IMG/VR virus record: IMGVR_UViG_3300021255_000080
Reading direction: 5' to 3' (one strand)
DNA: 64,000 nucleotides
Source: a virus
Shown here: positions 56,085 to 64,000 of the stretch, piece after piece
Position numbering within the stretch: position 1 is the first letter of the stretch
Layout: every line of letters starts with the position of its first letter
The notes under the pieces: model-generated
What the model was told of the DNA's origin: nothing
Database searches by the model: none
What the model saw: only the letters and a program-made list of their open reading frames with translations
Position numbers and translations under genes: made by a program

Positions 56085-56294
56085 TTACCGAAGGCCCGTG
56101 GCCTCCTCCAACATGCGCAACGCCCCGAAGGCGTCCGCCCTCAGCTCCGAATCGCGGATCTGGCGGCACTTGGCGTCGAGCATGTCGAGACAGCTGGGCT
56201 TCACCCTCCTCGGGTTCCTCGACTCGATGGCGTCCATGGTGCAGAAGTACTGCCGCCAGTCTTCGTCCGAAACGCCCGGCTTCCTCTCCATCAT
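56085..56294 (-). CDS. hypothetical protein
   Basis: 69 aa. Confidence 0.4.
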   Translation of the reverse strand: MMERKPGVSDEDWRQYFCTMDAIESRNPRRVKPSCLDMLDAKCRQIRDSELRADAFGALRMLEEATGLR

Positions 56295-56458
56295 CCGACC
56301 AGCCTCCGTATCTCATCCTCCAGCTCCTCGAACTGCGAGTGCTCCATCGAGCCGCAGACCACGAGGCCCATCCAGAGCCCGTCCAGGTAGGCCTGCCTGC
56401 CTTCCTCCGTCTCGTCGGAAAGCCTCGCGGCTATGTCTCGCCTGATCTCGTCGGTCAT
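56291..56458 (-). CDS. hypothetical mini-protein (not in ORF track)
   Basis: RBS GGAGGAGAG; MTDEIRRDIAARLSDETEEGRQAYLDGLWMGLVVCGSMEH... Confidence 0.3.
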   Translation of the reverse strand: MTDEIRRDIAARLSDETEEGRQAYLDGLWMGLVVCGSMEHSQFEELEDEIRRLVG

Positions 56459-56467
56459 CTCTCCTCC

Positions 56468-56785
56468 TTACCTGTAAGCCGTCACGTGCTCGTCGTATTC
56501 GACGTCTATCGCCAGGCATTCGGGGAACTCGACCCTCTTGACCCCGTAGCGGGAGAGGAACTCTCCTCCCACCACGTCCAGGAACGCTCCCCAGTCGAAG
56601 CCGATTTCGATCTGCTCCAGCGCATAGGGGTCGTCGGTCTCCTCGGCGAAGTCCCTCGCGATCCGGCCGAACAGCCCCAGCACCGAATTCTCGTTCCCGT
56701 AATCGTCGGGGACCTCGTAGAAGGCGGCGGTTGTCCCGAAGTCCCGCATGTCCCTGTTCCAAATCGCGGTGATGTTTACCAGCAT
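56468..56785 (-). CDS. hypothetical protein
   Basis: 105 aa. Confidence 0.4.
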   Translation of the reverse strand: MLVNITAIWNRDMRDFGTTAAFYEVPDDYGNENSVLGLFGRIARDFAEETDDPYALEQIEIGFDWGAFLDVVGGEFLSRYGVKRVEFPECLAIDVEYDEHVTAYR

Positions 56786-56794
56786 GTCTTCCTC

Positions 56795-57370
56795 CTAGCA
56801 CTCGTAGAGGCGCTCGCCGTCTTTCCGTTCGAGGTAGCTGAAATCCCTGTTCGCGTCCCCGAGCAGCGTCGGCATCCCGTCGACTATGGACCTGTATCTC
56901 TTCTCGGCCAGGTCGTCGGCTTCCTCCTGGCTGCCCGCCTCGACCTTGAAGCTGTCGTAGTACTCGACTCCCATGACGTACTCGAACTCCTGCTTCGGCA
57001 TCAGCGCCTCCATGTCCTCGAAGACCTTGGCGAAGAACTCCCCCGAGTAGTGGGGGATCTTCCAGCCCTCGTCGAACCGGCTCCCGATTTCCAGCCACTC
57101 GTCGCGCTTCTCCGAGCCGACCCTGGCGTTCCAGCCGACCACCAGCTTGGCGAAGGCAAGGCTGTACGAATGGCTCACCGTGTAGTAGGAATCCGCCGAG
57201 CTCAATCCGCACTCCGAGCACCTCACGAACGGCCTGTCGGGTCCGTAGGATTGGGGGTGGTACCAGATTTTCGCTTCTCCGCCGCACACGGGGCATCCCA
57301 TGAGCAGCTTCTCGGCGCGCTCCTCGCCGGGGTTTCTATGTCCTTCGCCGTTCCTGTAATCGAGTCTCAT
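56795..57370 (-). CDS. Lar-like zinc-ribbon fusion protein (paralogue 4)
   Basis: LMGCPVCGGEAKIWYHP...FVRCSECGLS...AKLVVGWNARV. Confidence 0.5.
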   Translation of the reverse strand: MRLDYRNGEGHRNPGEERAEKLLMGCPVCGGEAKIWYHPQSYGPDRPFVRCSECGLSSADSYYTVSHSYSLAFAKLVVGWNARVGSEKRDEWLEIGSRFDEGWKIPHYSGEFFAKVFEDMEALMPKQEFEYVMGVEYYDSFKVEAGSQEEADDLAEKRYRSIVDGMPTLLGDANRDFSYLERKDGERLYEC

Positions 57371-57423
57371 GTCGGCTCCTCTCGCCTCGGGGTGTTTGCA
57401 TATACAAGGGGCTTGCGGGGTGG

Positions 57424-57792
57424 TTAGATCCGAATCTCCCTCCACGGGTCGCACTGGACCATGACCGTTCGGCTCTCCTCGAAGCGGCCGATGACGCCGT
57501 CGACTATCTCGAACCTGCATTTGGTGCCGTCCTCGTGCGGCTCGTCGAGGTACTCGTAGACGACTTCGGCCGTCCACTTGTCGGGCGGGGCGGGGAAGCG
57601 CCTCAGCTCCTCCTCCAGCTCGTCGAGGGCGTCGTCCGACCAGCCGGCGTCGTCCCGTTCGAACCAGACCGTCAGCCTGCCTTCCGGGTCGCGCTTCATC
57701 TCGTAGATGCCCATGCTCCAGACCCTCACCGCCTCCTCGTAGGACGGGTCCAGCAGCGTTATGTCGCATTCCAGCCATGCATGGCAGCTCAT
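57424..57792 (-). CDS. hypothetical protein
   Basis: 122 aa. Confidence 0.4.
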   Translation of the reverse strand: MSCHAWLECDITLLDPSYEEAVRVWSMGIYEMKRDPEGRLTVWFERDDAGWSDDALDELEEELRRFPAPPDKWTAEVVYEYLDEPHEDGTKCRFEIVDGVIGRFEESRTVMVQCDPWREIRI

Positions 57793-57794
57793 CT

Positions 57795-58184
57795 CTATCC
57801 CTCCTCGTAAATCTTCAGGAACTCGGCCTCTATGTCGTATCCGTCCACGACCGTCATGTTCTCCTCGGCCCACCTGTCGGCCTTCTCCTGCGCCTCCTCA
57901 AGCGAGGACGCCTTGACGGAGAAGAACGCCGCGGCTTGGAAGTCGTACGTCCGCATCCTGACCTCGGCGTCCTCGGGCTCGATTTGCGGGGCGGGGGAGA
58001 CGTCGGCCACCTCGAACGCTCCCAAGTGCTTCTGGGCGTTCTCCATCTCGGCCTTGAACACGCTCTCCAAGCCGCTCTCGGTCTTCAGGTACTCGTAGAC
58101 CGCGTCGGTGGCGGCGAACTCGCTCGCCGCGTCCACCAGAACCGTCGTGCTCGTCACGTAGTCGACTGTCACCTCGTACACCAT
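57795..58184 (-). CDS. hypothetical protein (internal duplication)
   Basis: 129 aa. Confidence 0.4.
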   Translation of the reverse strand: MVYEVTVDYVTSTTVLVDAASEFAATDAVYEYLKTESGLESVFKAEMENAQKHLGAFEVADVSPAPQIEPEDAEVRMRTYDFQAAAFFSVKASSLEEAQEKADRWAEENMTVVDGYDIEAEFLKIYEEG

Positions 58185-58186
58185 GT

Positions 58187-58396
58187 CTAGTCCTCCAATC
58201 CCCTCGTCCGTCTCTCTTCCCATTCCGTGTAGCATCCGGCCATCTCGGCGTAATCGCCGAGCAGCTGTTCGTAGCTGCCCGCCAGCTCCTCGGCCGCAGC
58301 CATCGTCGGGTTCATCCTGTTGATTCCGTTCTCCCGAACGGCCTTGTAGTAGGCGTTGAGAACGTCCGCTCCCGCCATCAATTCCTCGTGCCTCAT
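58187..58396 (-). CDS. hypothetical protein
   Basis: 69 aa. Confidence 0.35.
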   Translation of the reverse strand: MRHEELMAGADVLNAYYKAVRENGINRMNPTMAAAEELAGSYEQLLGDYAEMAGCYTEWEERRTRGLED

Positions 58397-58405
58397 GCTT
58401 CCTCC

Positions 58406-58732
58406 TCAGTTCCTGTAGCTCCTAGCGACGAACCGCTCTGGCTCCTCCACCACTATGTCGGCGACCTTCCCGAACCAATGGCCCGGCGCCTCCATGAACT
58501 GCATCCTGTTCGGCGCTCCCGTGCCGGGGGCGGGGAAGGTCTCCAGGGCGTACTCGACGGCGTCGGCTATGCTGCCCCTGTGCTCCTCGGGGACGCCTGC
58601 CACCATGATTCCGAAGAACTCGCCGTCGGCGTTGCAGTCGGCTATGAACACCGTGCCAGACGCCGTGTCGAGCAGGTCGCCGTCGTCCATGAAGTGCTTG
58701 AGCACCTCGTCCCTCGTCTTGAAATCCACCAT
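58406..58732 (-). CDS. hypothetical protein
   Basis: 108 aa. Confidence 0.4.
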   Translation of the reverse strand: MVDFKTRDEVLKHFMDDGDLLDTASGTVFIADCNADGEFFGIMVAGVPEEHRGSIADAVEYALETFPAPGTGAPNRMQFMEAPGHWFGKVADIVVEEPERFVARSYRN

Positions 58733-58995
58733 CAGAAATCCCTCACTTCCACGATTGTGTCCTCGTTAGCTGGCAGGTTGAACGGGTGGCCGTACACCAC
58801 GCACCTGTCCCCGTAGACCGTCCGCTCGACCGACTCGACCTCGAACCACATGCATTCCGCAGCGGCCCTCGCGCCGTCGGCGAACGCCCTCAGCTCGCTC
58901 ACGTCGTCGGCCGAAATCCGCTCCAGCAGTAGCTCGACCAGCGGTGTCGCGTCGTAGCAGTCGCCCTCCACCAGGTCGAACGCTCGTTTCTCCAT
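58732..58995 (-). CDS. hypothetical protein
   Basis: RBS GGAGTGGTGAGC shared with the next gene. Confidence 0.4.
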   Translation of the reverse strand: MEKRAFDLVEGDCYDATPLVELLLERISADDVSELRAFADGARAAAECMWFEVESVERTVYGDRCVVYGHPFNLPANEDTIVEVRDF

Positions 58996-58997
58996 GC

Positions 58998-59207
58998 TCA
59001 CCACTCCAATCCGCATTCCTTGAAAACCGCCAGGATGTAGTCCCTCGCATCGCCCCATCCTCCGTGGAGGAAGAAGACCTCGTGGAAGTCGTTCCTGCTG
59101 ATGTCCTCGTCGCTCAGCTCGTTGAACAGGCCGAACATGAAATCCTCTAGCTCGGCGTCGACGACGTCCTCGATTTCCCCGACGTAGGTGAAAGACTCGA
59201 CCCTCAT
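58998..59207 (-). CDS. hypothetical protein
   Basis: MRVESFTYVGEIEDV... Confidence 0.4.
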   Translation of the reverse strand: MRVESFTYVGEIEDVVDAELEDFMFGLFNELSDEDISRNDFHEVFFLHGGWGDARDYILAVFKECGLEW

Positions 59208-59209
59208 GC

Positions 59210-59344
59210 TCACCACTCCTCCCATATCCGCATCCTCGATTTGAAAAGGCGGAAGCCAATCGGCTCCCGCCCTTCCTTCCTGCTGATGTTCACGTAGCTC
59301 GCATACAGTGACGAGCAGAATCTCTCGAACTCATTCTTCGTCAT
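59210..59344 (-). CDS. hypothetical mini-protein (not in ORF track)
   Basis: RBS GAGAAGGGGG; MTKNEFERFCSSLYASYVNISRKEGREPIGFRLFKSRMRIWEEW. Confidence 0.3.
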   Translation of the reverse strand: MTKNEFERFCSSLYASYVNISRKEGREPIGFRLFKSRMRIWEEW

Positions 59345-59644
59345 CTACGCGACCCCCTTCTCGGATCTAGCACGAACGACCTCGTCGAAGACCTCCCACG
59401 CTTCGGTTGGGGTGTCCGCTTCGACCAGCATCCAGCCGTGCTCCTTCCCGTACGCGAACTCGAAGTCGTGGCTCACCAGCAGCCCACGGTCGGGCGTGGA
59501 CAGCAGGGTGTGCGTGTTGACCAGCTCGTAGCCGTCCATCTCCAGGGCCAGCTGGTCGTAGGGGATTCCCTCGTCAAGCCAGAACGTGAAGCACTTCCAC
59601 CTGTTCGCGCAGGTCAGCCTGTTCACATACCATTCCGTCTTCAT
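59345..59644 (-). CDS. hypothetical protein
   Basis: MKTEWYVNRLTCANRWKCFTFWLDEG... Confidence 0.4.
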   Translation of the reverse strand: MKTEWYVNRLTCANRWKCFTFWLDEGIPYDQLALEMDGYELVNTHTLLSTPDRGLLVSHDFEFAYGKEHGWMLVEADTPTEAWEVFDEVVRARSEKGVA

Positions 59645-59931
59645 GCTGCGCTCCCTTCCATCAGGCCGTTCATCCACTCGGCAAGCGCCATCGCTTCGGG
59701 TTCCCTGTCCTCGACCCATTCGGCTCCGCGCTCGAACGCTTCGTGGGCGAACTCGAATCCCTCCTCTTCGTGGTGGACGAGCCAAACGCCGCTGTCTCCC
59801 GTGTAGAACGTGACGCTTATCGTGACGGGCTCGCCCAACAGCTCGTCGCGGACCCTCGCCATGCGCTCGCCGCTCTTGTAGTAGTAGTCGCCGAACAGCT
59901 CGCCGTACTCGAACTTGTCCCTTGCGCTCAT
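59641..59931 (-). CDS. hypothetical protein
   Basis: RBS GAGGAGGAAAC. Confidence 0.4.
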   Translation of the reverse strand: MSARDKFEYGELFGDYYYKSGERMARVRDELLGEPVTISVTFYTGDSGVWLVHHEEEGFEFAHEAFERGAEWVEDREPEAMALAEWMNGLMEGSAA

Positions 59932-59995
59932 GTTTCCTCCTCTCAACCAATGGGGCGGCTCGCAAGCCGCCCCTCTTTCCCGACGTTCATACCGT

Positions 59996-60397
59996 CTACT
60001 CGTGCCAGGTGCATCCCATGGCGTCGTAGAGCCTCGTGAAGTGCGTGTCCCTGAACGAGTAGCCGGCTCCGTCCACGCCCAGGGCGAACAGCTCGCCGTC
60101 GTGGTAGATGAGCGTGAACCCGCACTCGGCCACCTTGTCGGGGTTCTCTTCGGCGAAGTGCTCGACCCACCAGTTAGGGATGAACCAGTCGTTCCACATC
60201 GGCGGATGGGTCGGGCCGAACGTGTAAAGCTCGTCCTCGTCGTCGGTGTCCTCGCCGTCCATCAGCCCGTCGAACGTCCAGTGGTCGTAGAAGTAGTCGC
60301 GCTCCGTCACCGTCCAGCTCGGGAACCTGTCGAAGTTTTCCTCGATGAACAAGCCGACGCATTCTTCCTTCGTCTCGTACCTTCTCGTGATCGCCAT
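59996..60397 (-). CDS. hypothetical protein
   Basis: 133 aa; LIYHDGELFALGVDGAGYSF. Confidence 0.45.
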   Translation of the reverse strand: MAITRRYETKEECVGLFIEENFDRFPSWTVTERDYFYDHWTFDGLMDGEDTDDEDELYTFGPTHPPMWNDWFIPNWWVEHFAEENPDKVAECGFTLIYHDGELFALGVDGAGYSFRDTHFTRLYDAMGCTWHE

Positions 60398-60399
60398 GT

Positions 60400-60639
60400 C
60401 TATTCCTCCTCGTCAGCTTCCAACGCTTCCCAATCCTCGTAGCCGAGGCATTGGGCGATGAAGTCCTCCTCGAACCAGAACAGGTCGTTGACCTGCGTGT
60501 CCGTCATGCCGTCGGGGTAGAGCTCTTCAAGCTCGAACTCGATTTGGTCGAGCTGCTCCAAGGTGAGCTGGTTCGCTCGGCTCACGGCTCCCGACCAGAA
60601 CTCGAAGTCCCTCAACGCCACGTCGTGTTTCAGCTCCAT
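60400..60639 (-). CDS. hypothetical acidic protein
   Basis: 79 aa; RBS AAGGGAAAGGA. Confidence 0.4.
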   Translation of the reverse strand: MELKHDVALRDFEFWSGAVSRANQLTLEQLDQIEFELEELYPDGMTDTQVNDLFWFEEDFIAQCLGYEDWEALEADEEE

Positions 60640-60753
60640 GTGTGCTATCCTTTCCCTTGGTGTGGGGGAGCGGAGTCGTCCAGTCGCGCCGCTCCCTTGC
60701 TTCGTCCATCCGCGCCCGACCGAATCCCTTGCAGCCGTCGCGCGGGTCTCTCA

Positions 60754-61314
60754 TTACCAGCTGGAGTGGTAGAGGAACTTCACGTTCCACTCGTCTGAAT
60801 CGCCCTTCTCCCTCCACGAATCCCAGACGATTCCTGCTACCGAGTGCTGCTCGTACGGCTCGATGTTCGCCAGGATGGCGTCGATGCCGTCCCTCGTCCT
60901 GTAGACGTCGTCCAGGTACCACTCGTTGTATTCGGTGCTGCCGAAGAAGAACCCCTCGGCGGTTGGGAGCAGCTCCTTCGCGACCGTGGCGTCCTCGATC
61001 ACGCGCCCCTCTTGGTAGTTCGGCTCGCCGTTGACGTAGCCGTTCATCACCGTTCCCTTGACGAGCCTCGAAGCGGCGATGACCTTCTCGCATACGTCCC
61101 GCAGCTCGACCAGCTGCTCGACCTCGACCTCGTAGTCTCCGCAGTCGTCGTTGCCGTGCTGCACGTTCTCGACGAACCAGTTGTGGATTTGGTTGGCCTT
61201 GCGCCAGTAGATTGCGACTCCGTAGGGGAGGCGCCATTCCTCGGTGCCAGAAGCCTTCTCGGCCGCCTTAGCCACGCGCTTGCTGTTGGTGTAGAGGTAC
61301 ATATCCAGACCCAT
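60754..61314 (-). CDS. hypothetical protein
   Basis: 186 aa; MGLDMYLYTNSKRVAKAAEK... Confidence 0.45.
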   Translation of the reverse strand: MGLDMYLYTNSKRVAKAAEKASGTEEWRLPYGVAIYWRKANQIHNWFVENVQHGNDDCGDYEVEVEQLVELRDVCEKVIAASRLVKGTVMNGYVNGEPNYQEGRVIEDATVAKELLPTAEGFFFGSTEYNEWYLDDVYRTRDGIDAILANIEPYEQHSVAGIVWDSWREKGDSDEWNVKFLYHSSW

Positions 61315-61326
61315 GGTTTCTCCTAT

Positions 61327-61629
61327 CTATTTGCCGTTGAACTCGCGCACCGCTTCGGCGATTGCGGTGCAGACCGCCATGAACTCCGACGTGTTGGGCA
61401 GCTTGTCCCAGATGACGTCGTCGACCAACTCGTGGTCGCCCCAGTCGAGGTGGCCGTCGTTCACGTACCACTCGCCGCCGTCCTCGAACTGGTCGTAGGC
61501 GATGCCGATTTCGCAATCGGACTTGGGCGACTCGAACCTGAAGAACAGGTACAGGTCGCTCGCCAGCTCGAAGCTATGCGCCCTCGACACGTAATCGCCG
61601 TCGTCGAACTCGAACTTGATTCCGTTCAT
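61327..61629 (-). CDS. hypothetical acidic protein
   Basis: 100 aa. Confidence 0.4.
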   Translation of the reverse strand: MNGIKFEFDDGDYVSRAHSFELASDLYLFFRFESPKSDCEIGIAYDQFEDGGEWYVNDGHLDWGDHELVDDVIWDKLPNTSEFMAVCTAIAEAVREFNGK

Positions 61630-61648
61630 GCTCTCTCCTTCCGTGGAA

Positions 61649-61670
61649 GGGGCGCCCCGAAGGACGCCCC
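61649..61670. other. GC hairpin GGGGCGCCC-gaa-GGACGCCCC
   Basis: Near-identical to 63488-63509; lies 12 nt downstream of the clamp-BRCT stop. Confidence 0.6.
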
Positions 61671-61681
61671 GATTGACCGAT

Positions 61682-63469
61682 TTAAGCCGCCCTCTTGGGG
61701 TCGAAGTACCAGCTCTTCCTCTTCTTTGCGAAGCGGAAGCCCTTGTCTTTAAGCTCCTCGGCGTAGGCCTTGCTCTCGCCCTCGACCCAGATGCACGTTT
61801 TTTCGTGCTTTTGGGTGGCGACCAGCCCTTTCCCCTCGCACCATTCCTGCATGGCCTTCAGGCTGACCTCGGTCGCATGCTCGGTTGCGACCTTGGTTTC
61901 AGGCTTGGTATCCTTCTCGGTTTGCTTCTTGGTTTTGGCCTTGAGCTTGGCGTTCTCCTTCCACACCTGCTCCAGCTCCTCGCTCATGGCCTTGAGCTTG
62001 GCTTCCAGCTCCTCGATTCGCTTGTCCACGTTCTCCTCCTTCTTCTCGGTTGCCTTCGGTTTCGCAGGTGCCTTCGGCGCCTGCTCGTTCCTGCGCTCCA
62101 TCACCACGTCGTCCTTGTGCTGCGCTGGCTTGATTTCGGGGTAATGCAGCCGGATTTTGCGCTGCGAGTAGCGGCGCTCGATGCAGGTGACGAACTCGCC
62201 GTCCAGGTACCAGCTCGTGTAGCTGCCGTGCTCCTCGTGCTTGAGCCGCCCATCCTTCTGCAAGCGCCACACGTAGGTCGCGCTGTTCGGGCTCGCGTTG
62301 CCCTCGGTCAGCCTGTTGTCTGGCTCCTTGGCCGCGCGGTCGATCGCCAGCGCATACAGCAGCTCGGCCAGGCCCTCCTTGTTGACGCCTTCCTTCTTCG
62401 CCATGTGCTCCTCCTTCTTCCGTTCTCCTGCCGTCTTGCCCTGCTCCTTCAGGGCCTTCAGGAACTCGGTGCCGCTCACCACCTTGACCGCCTGTCCCTT
62501 GGCGATTGCGGCGTCGGCCTTCTCGCGCTTGTCCCTCCCAGCGTCGGCGGCGACGACCAGCATCGTCACCTTGCCGCTGAACCGCTCGCAGGGGACTCCG
62601 CCCGCCAGCTTCAGGCGGGTGAACGCCTCGCTCCTCGTCATCCCCGCCAGCGTCCCCGTTATGCAGACCCGCTCGCCCTGCAGGCTGCCGACCTCGGCGG
62701 CGATCTCGGGCTCGGGAGCCTTCGGCGCCTTCTTCATTCCAGACGCCTTCCGCTCCTCGTCGGAGCCGAGCCGAACGGGCATGACGACCGTCTCGAAGGA
62801 GCGGAACCCGACCTTGCTCCCCGTGCTCAGGTCGCCCTCGGCGAAGACGGCCGGCTTCGTCGGGGACGTGAGCCGAACCTCGACCGTCTTGCCCGATAGG
62901 CAGTTCAGGGCGTCCCTCACGTACGCGGAGTTGAGCCGTATCATCGTCGCCGCCCCGACCGCGCACTCCTCGAACGTGCGCGAGACGTCGCACTTGCCCT
63001 GCGAGCTCGCCACCCTCGCGTGCCGCCCGTCGGTGTCGATGAGCATGTCCGATTTCGCCTTGACCAGCTCGCGAGTGACCTTGAGCAGCTCGTCCTTGTT
63101 GACGGTGATGCCAGTCGTGTACTCGGGCATGAGCTGCCCGTAGTTGGGGTACCTGCCCTCGCGGACCCGACCTTCGATCACGGTTCCGTCGCTCATCGTC
63201 ACCTTGGCGGCCGTGCCGTCGACCTCGATTGACGCCGACTCGCACCTCCTCGCGTGGTGGGCGATGTCGTGGGCGGTCGCAAGGTCGAGGTCGATGCTCG
63301 GGCCGTCCCATGCGCCGTGCTCGATGCTCAGCCTGTAGCTGTCCGTCGCCACCACGTCGCCGCACTCGTCCAGGTGCGCCGTGCAGAGCATCGGCCGCGA
63401 CTCGGCCTTGCACATGCTCCTGAGCGCCCTCTTCATGACCTGTACCGGGTTCTTCAGCGTTCCCTTCAT
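61682..63469 (-). CDS. DNA polymerase III beta (sliding clamp)-like N-terminal region fused to BRCT domain and Lys/Glu-rich coiled-coil tail
   Basis: N-terminus MKGTLKNPVQVMKRALRSMCKAESRPMLCTAHLDE...ATDSYRL (DnaN-like). RVCITGTLAGMTRSEAFTRLKLAGGVPCERFSGKVTMLVVA...EFLKAL (BRCT). Confidence 0.55.
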   Translation of the reverse strand: MKGTLKNPVQVMKRALRSMCKAESRPMLCTAHLDECGDVVATDSYRLSIEHGAWDGPSIDLDLATAHDIAHHARRCESASIEVDGTAAKVTMSDGTVIEGRVREGRYPNYGQLMPEYTTGITVNKDELLKVTRELVKAKSDMLIDTDGRHARVASSQGKCDVSRTFEECAVGAATMIRLNSAYVRDALNCLSGKTVEVRLTSPTKPAVFAEGDLSTGSKVGFRSFETVVMPVRLGSDEERKASGMKKAPKAPEPEIAAEVGSLQGERVCITGTLAGMTRSEAFTRLKLAGGVPCERFSGKVTMLVVAADAGRDKREKADAAIAKGQAVKVVSGTEFLKALKEQGKTAGERKKEEHMAKKEGVNKEGLAELLYALAIDRAAKEPDNRLTEGNASPNSATYVWRLQKDGRLKHEEHGSYTSWYLDGEFVTCIERRYSQRKIRLHYPEIKPAQHKDDVVMERRNEQAPKAPAKPKATEKKEENVDKRIEELEAKLKAMSEELEQVWKENAKLKAKTKKQTEKDTKPETKVATEHATEVSLKAMQEWCEGKGLVATQKHEKTCIWVEGESKAYAEELKDKGFRFAKKRKSWYFDPKRAA

Positions 63470-63487
63470 CGTCTCCTCCTAACGGGG

Positions 63488-63509
63488 AGGGCGCCCGATT
63501 GGACGCCCT
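63488..63509. other. GC hairpin AGGGCGCCC-gatt-GGACGCCCT
   Basis: Same stem with the same single mismatch; lies between the clamp-BRCT start and the upstream gene. Confidence 0.6.
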
Positions 63510-63691
63510 CACTCCCATCTCGTCTCGACGAACTCCTTGCCGTCGATTTTGATTTCCTCGCCGTACTCGTAGGCTCCCGCCGCCTTGAGCGCCTGTATCG
63601 CCGCGCTCATCAGCTGCCAGGAGCCCTTCCTAGCCGAGGTGTGGAACTCGACCCTCCGACCTCCCTGCTCGGCCGTATGCTTGCCGAACAC
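63509..63691 (-). CDS. possible minigene (GTG start)
   Basis: VFGKHTAEQGGRRVEFHTSARKGSWQLMSAAIQALKAAGAYEYGEEIKIDGKEFVETRWE. Confidence 0.25.
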   Translation of the reverse strand: MFGKHTAEQGGRRVEFHTSARKGSWQLMSAAIQALKAAGAYEYGEEIKIDGKEFVETRWE

Positions 63692-63951
63692 TACAGGTCG
63701 CCCGACAGGGCTTCGAGCACGAATTCCTCGAACACTGCCATCTTGCCCTCGGGGCGCTCGTTGCGCTCCGTCAGGGCCTCGACGAGCTCCTGCGAGTCGT
63801 ACGGGCACCTCGGCTCCAGGTAGGACATCAGCGCCGCCGTCCATCCCCTCGTGGCGGCCACCTTCGCCTCCTTGAGCATCGTGCTGTACGGCTCGGCGAG
63901 CTCGAAGCTCCCGTCCTCGTGCAGCGTCCACATGCCGTCCGCCATTGGCAT
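63691..63951 (-). CDS. hypothetical protein
   Basis: MPMADGMWTLHEDGSFELAEPYSTMLKEAKVAATRGW... Confidence 0.35.
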   Translation of the reverse strand: MPMADGMWTLHEDGSFELAEPYSTMLKEAKVAATRGWTAALMSYLEPRCPYDSQELVEALTERNERPEGKMAVFEEFVLEALSGDL

Positions 63952-64000
63952 CACTCCCTTTCCTTCCTCGACACAACCCTTTCGCCGTTCCACGTGAGCA

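Noticed and set aside
56027-57427. 466-aa plus ORF
   Set aside because: Antisense to a run of well-formed small minus-strand genes with RBSs.
61616-63518. plus-strand 427/539-aa ORFs
   Set aside because: Antisense to the clamp-BRCT gene; Arg/Gly-rich.

Overview
High-GC (~60-65%) temperate siphovirus genome. The head module is HK97-like, and the genome is very probably in an unintegrated (attP-type) or circularly permuted configuration rather than an integrated prophage. Protein similarities below are from pattern recognition, not database searches. Layout: (i) 1-4476, minus strand: packaging module, diverging from the portal. Reading 5'->3' on the minus strand: P27-type TerS-like B -> two Cys-rich minigenes -> Terminase_1 TerL -> three small ORFs -> HNH endonuclease -> a second P27-type TerS-like gene (A) -> an SPFH/band-7 protein that runs off the window start. 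(ii) 4495-28860, plus strand: portal, prohead protease, HK97-type major capsid, head-tail connector genes, major tail protein, chaperone with a putative +1 frameshift extension, a 1633-aa tape measure, large Dit/Tal-like proteins, two tail-fibre paralogues (one with a collagen-like GxQ repeat), a BspA-type LRR protein, holin, GH25 endolysin with PG-binding repeats, and a DUF4406 moron. (iii) 29353-29633: rho-independent terminator, a 28-nt tRNA 3'-end mimic (att core) flanked by 28-bp imperfect direct repeats, then a tyrosine integrase (minus strand) whose 3' end abuts the core. (iv) 30842-31524: lysogeny switch, with a GTG-start HTH repressor (minus), two palindromic operators, and a cro-like XRE (plus). 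(v) 31955-48826, plus strand: early region with RusA, YqaJ-like exonuclease + RecT, SSB, a replisome organiser carrying an internal AT-rich palindrome (ori candidate), an HNH-like protein, two HTH + NUMOD/IENR1 gene pairs, three Lar-family paralogues, a run of ~12 tiny genes joined by recurring stop/RBS/start junction cassettes, and a lower-GC RtcB RNA ligase + dUTPase island. It ends at a bidirectional terminator. (vi) 48912-63990, minus strand: convergent array of ~40 mostly small acidic ORFs. It includes a beta-clamp-like/BRCT fusion bracketed by twin GC hairpins and a fourth Lar paralogue. It ends in two XRE-HTH genes, a BglII/BamHI-like REase candidate and a C5 cytosine methyltransferase (candidate C-C-R-M restriction-modification unit). 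No rRNA, intact tRNA or CRISPR array was found. Many long antisense ORFs in the six-frame track are GC-composition artefacts.
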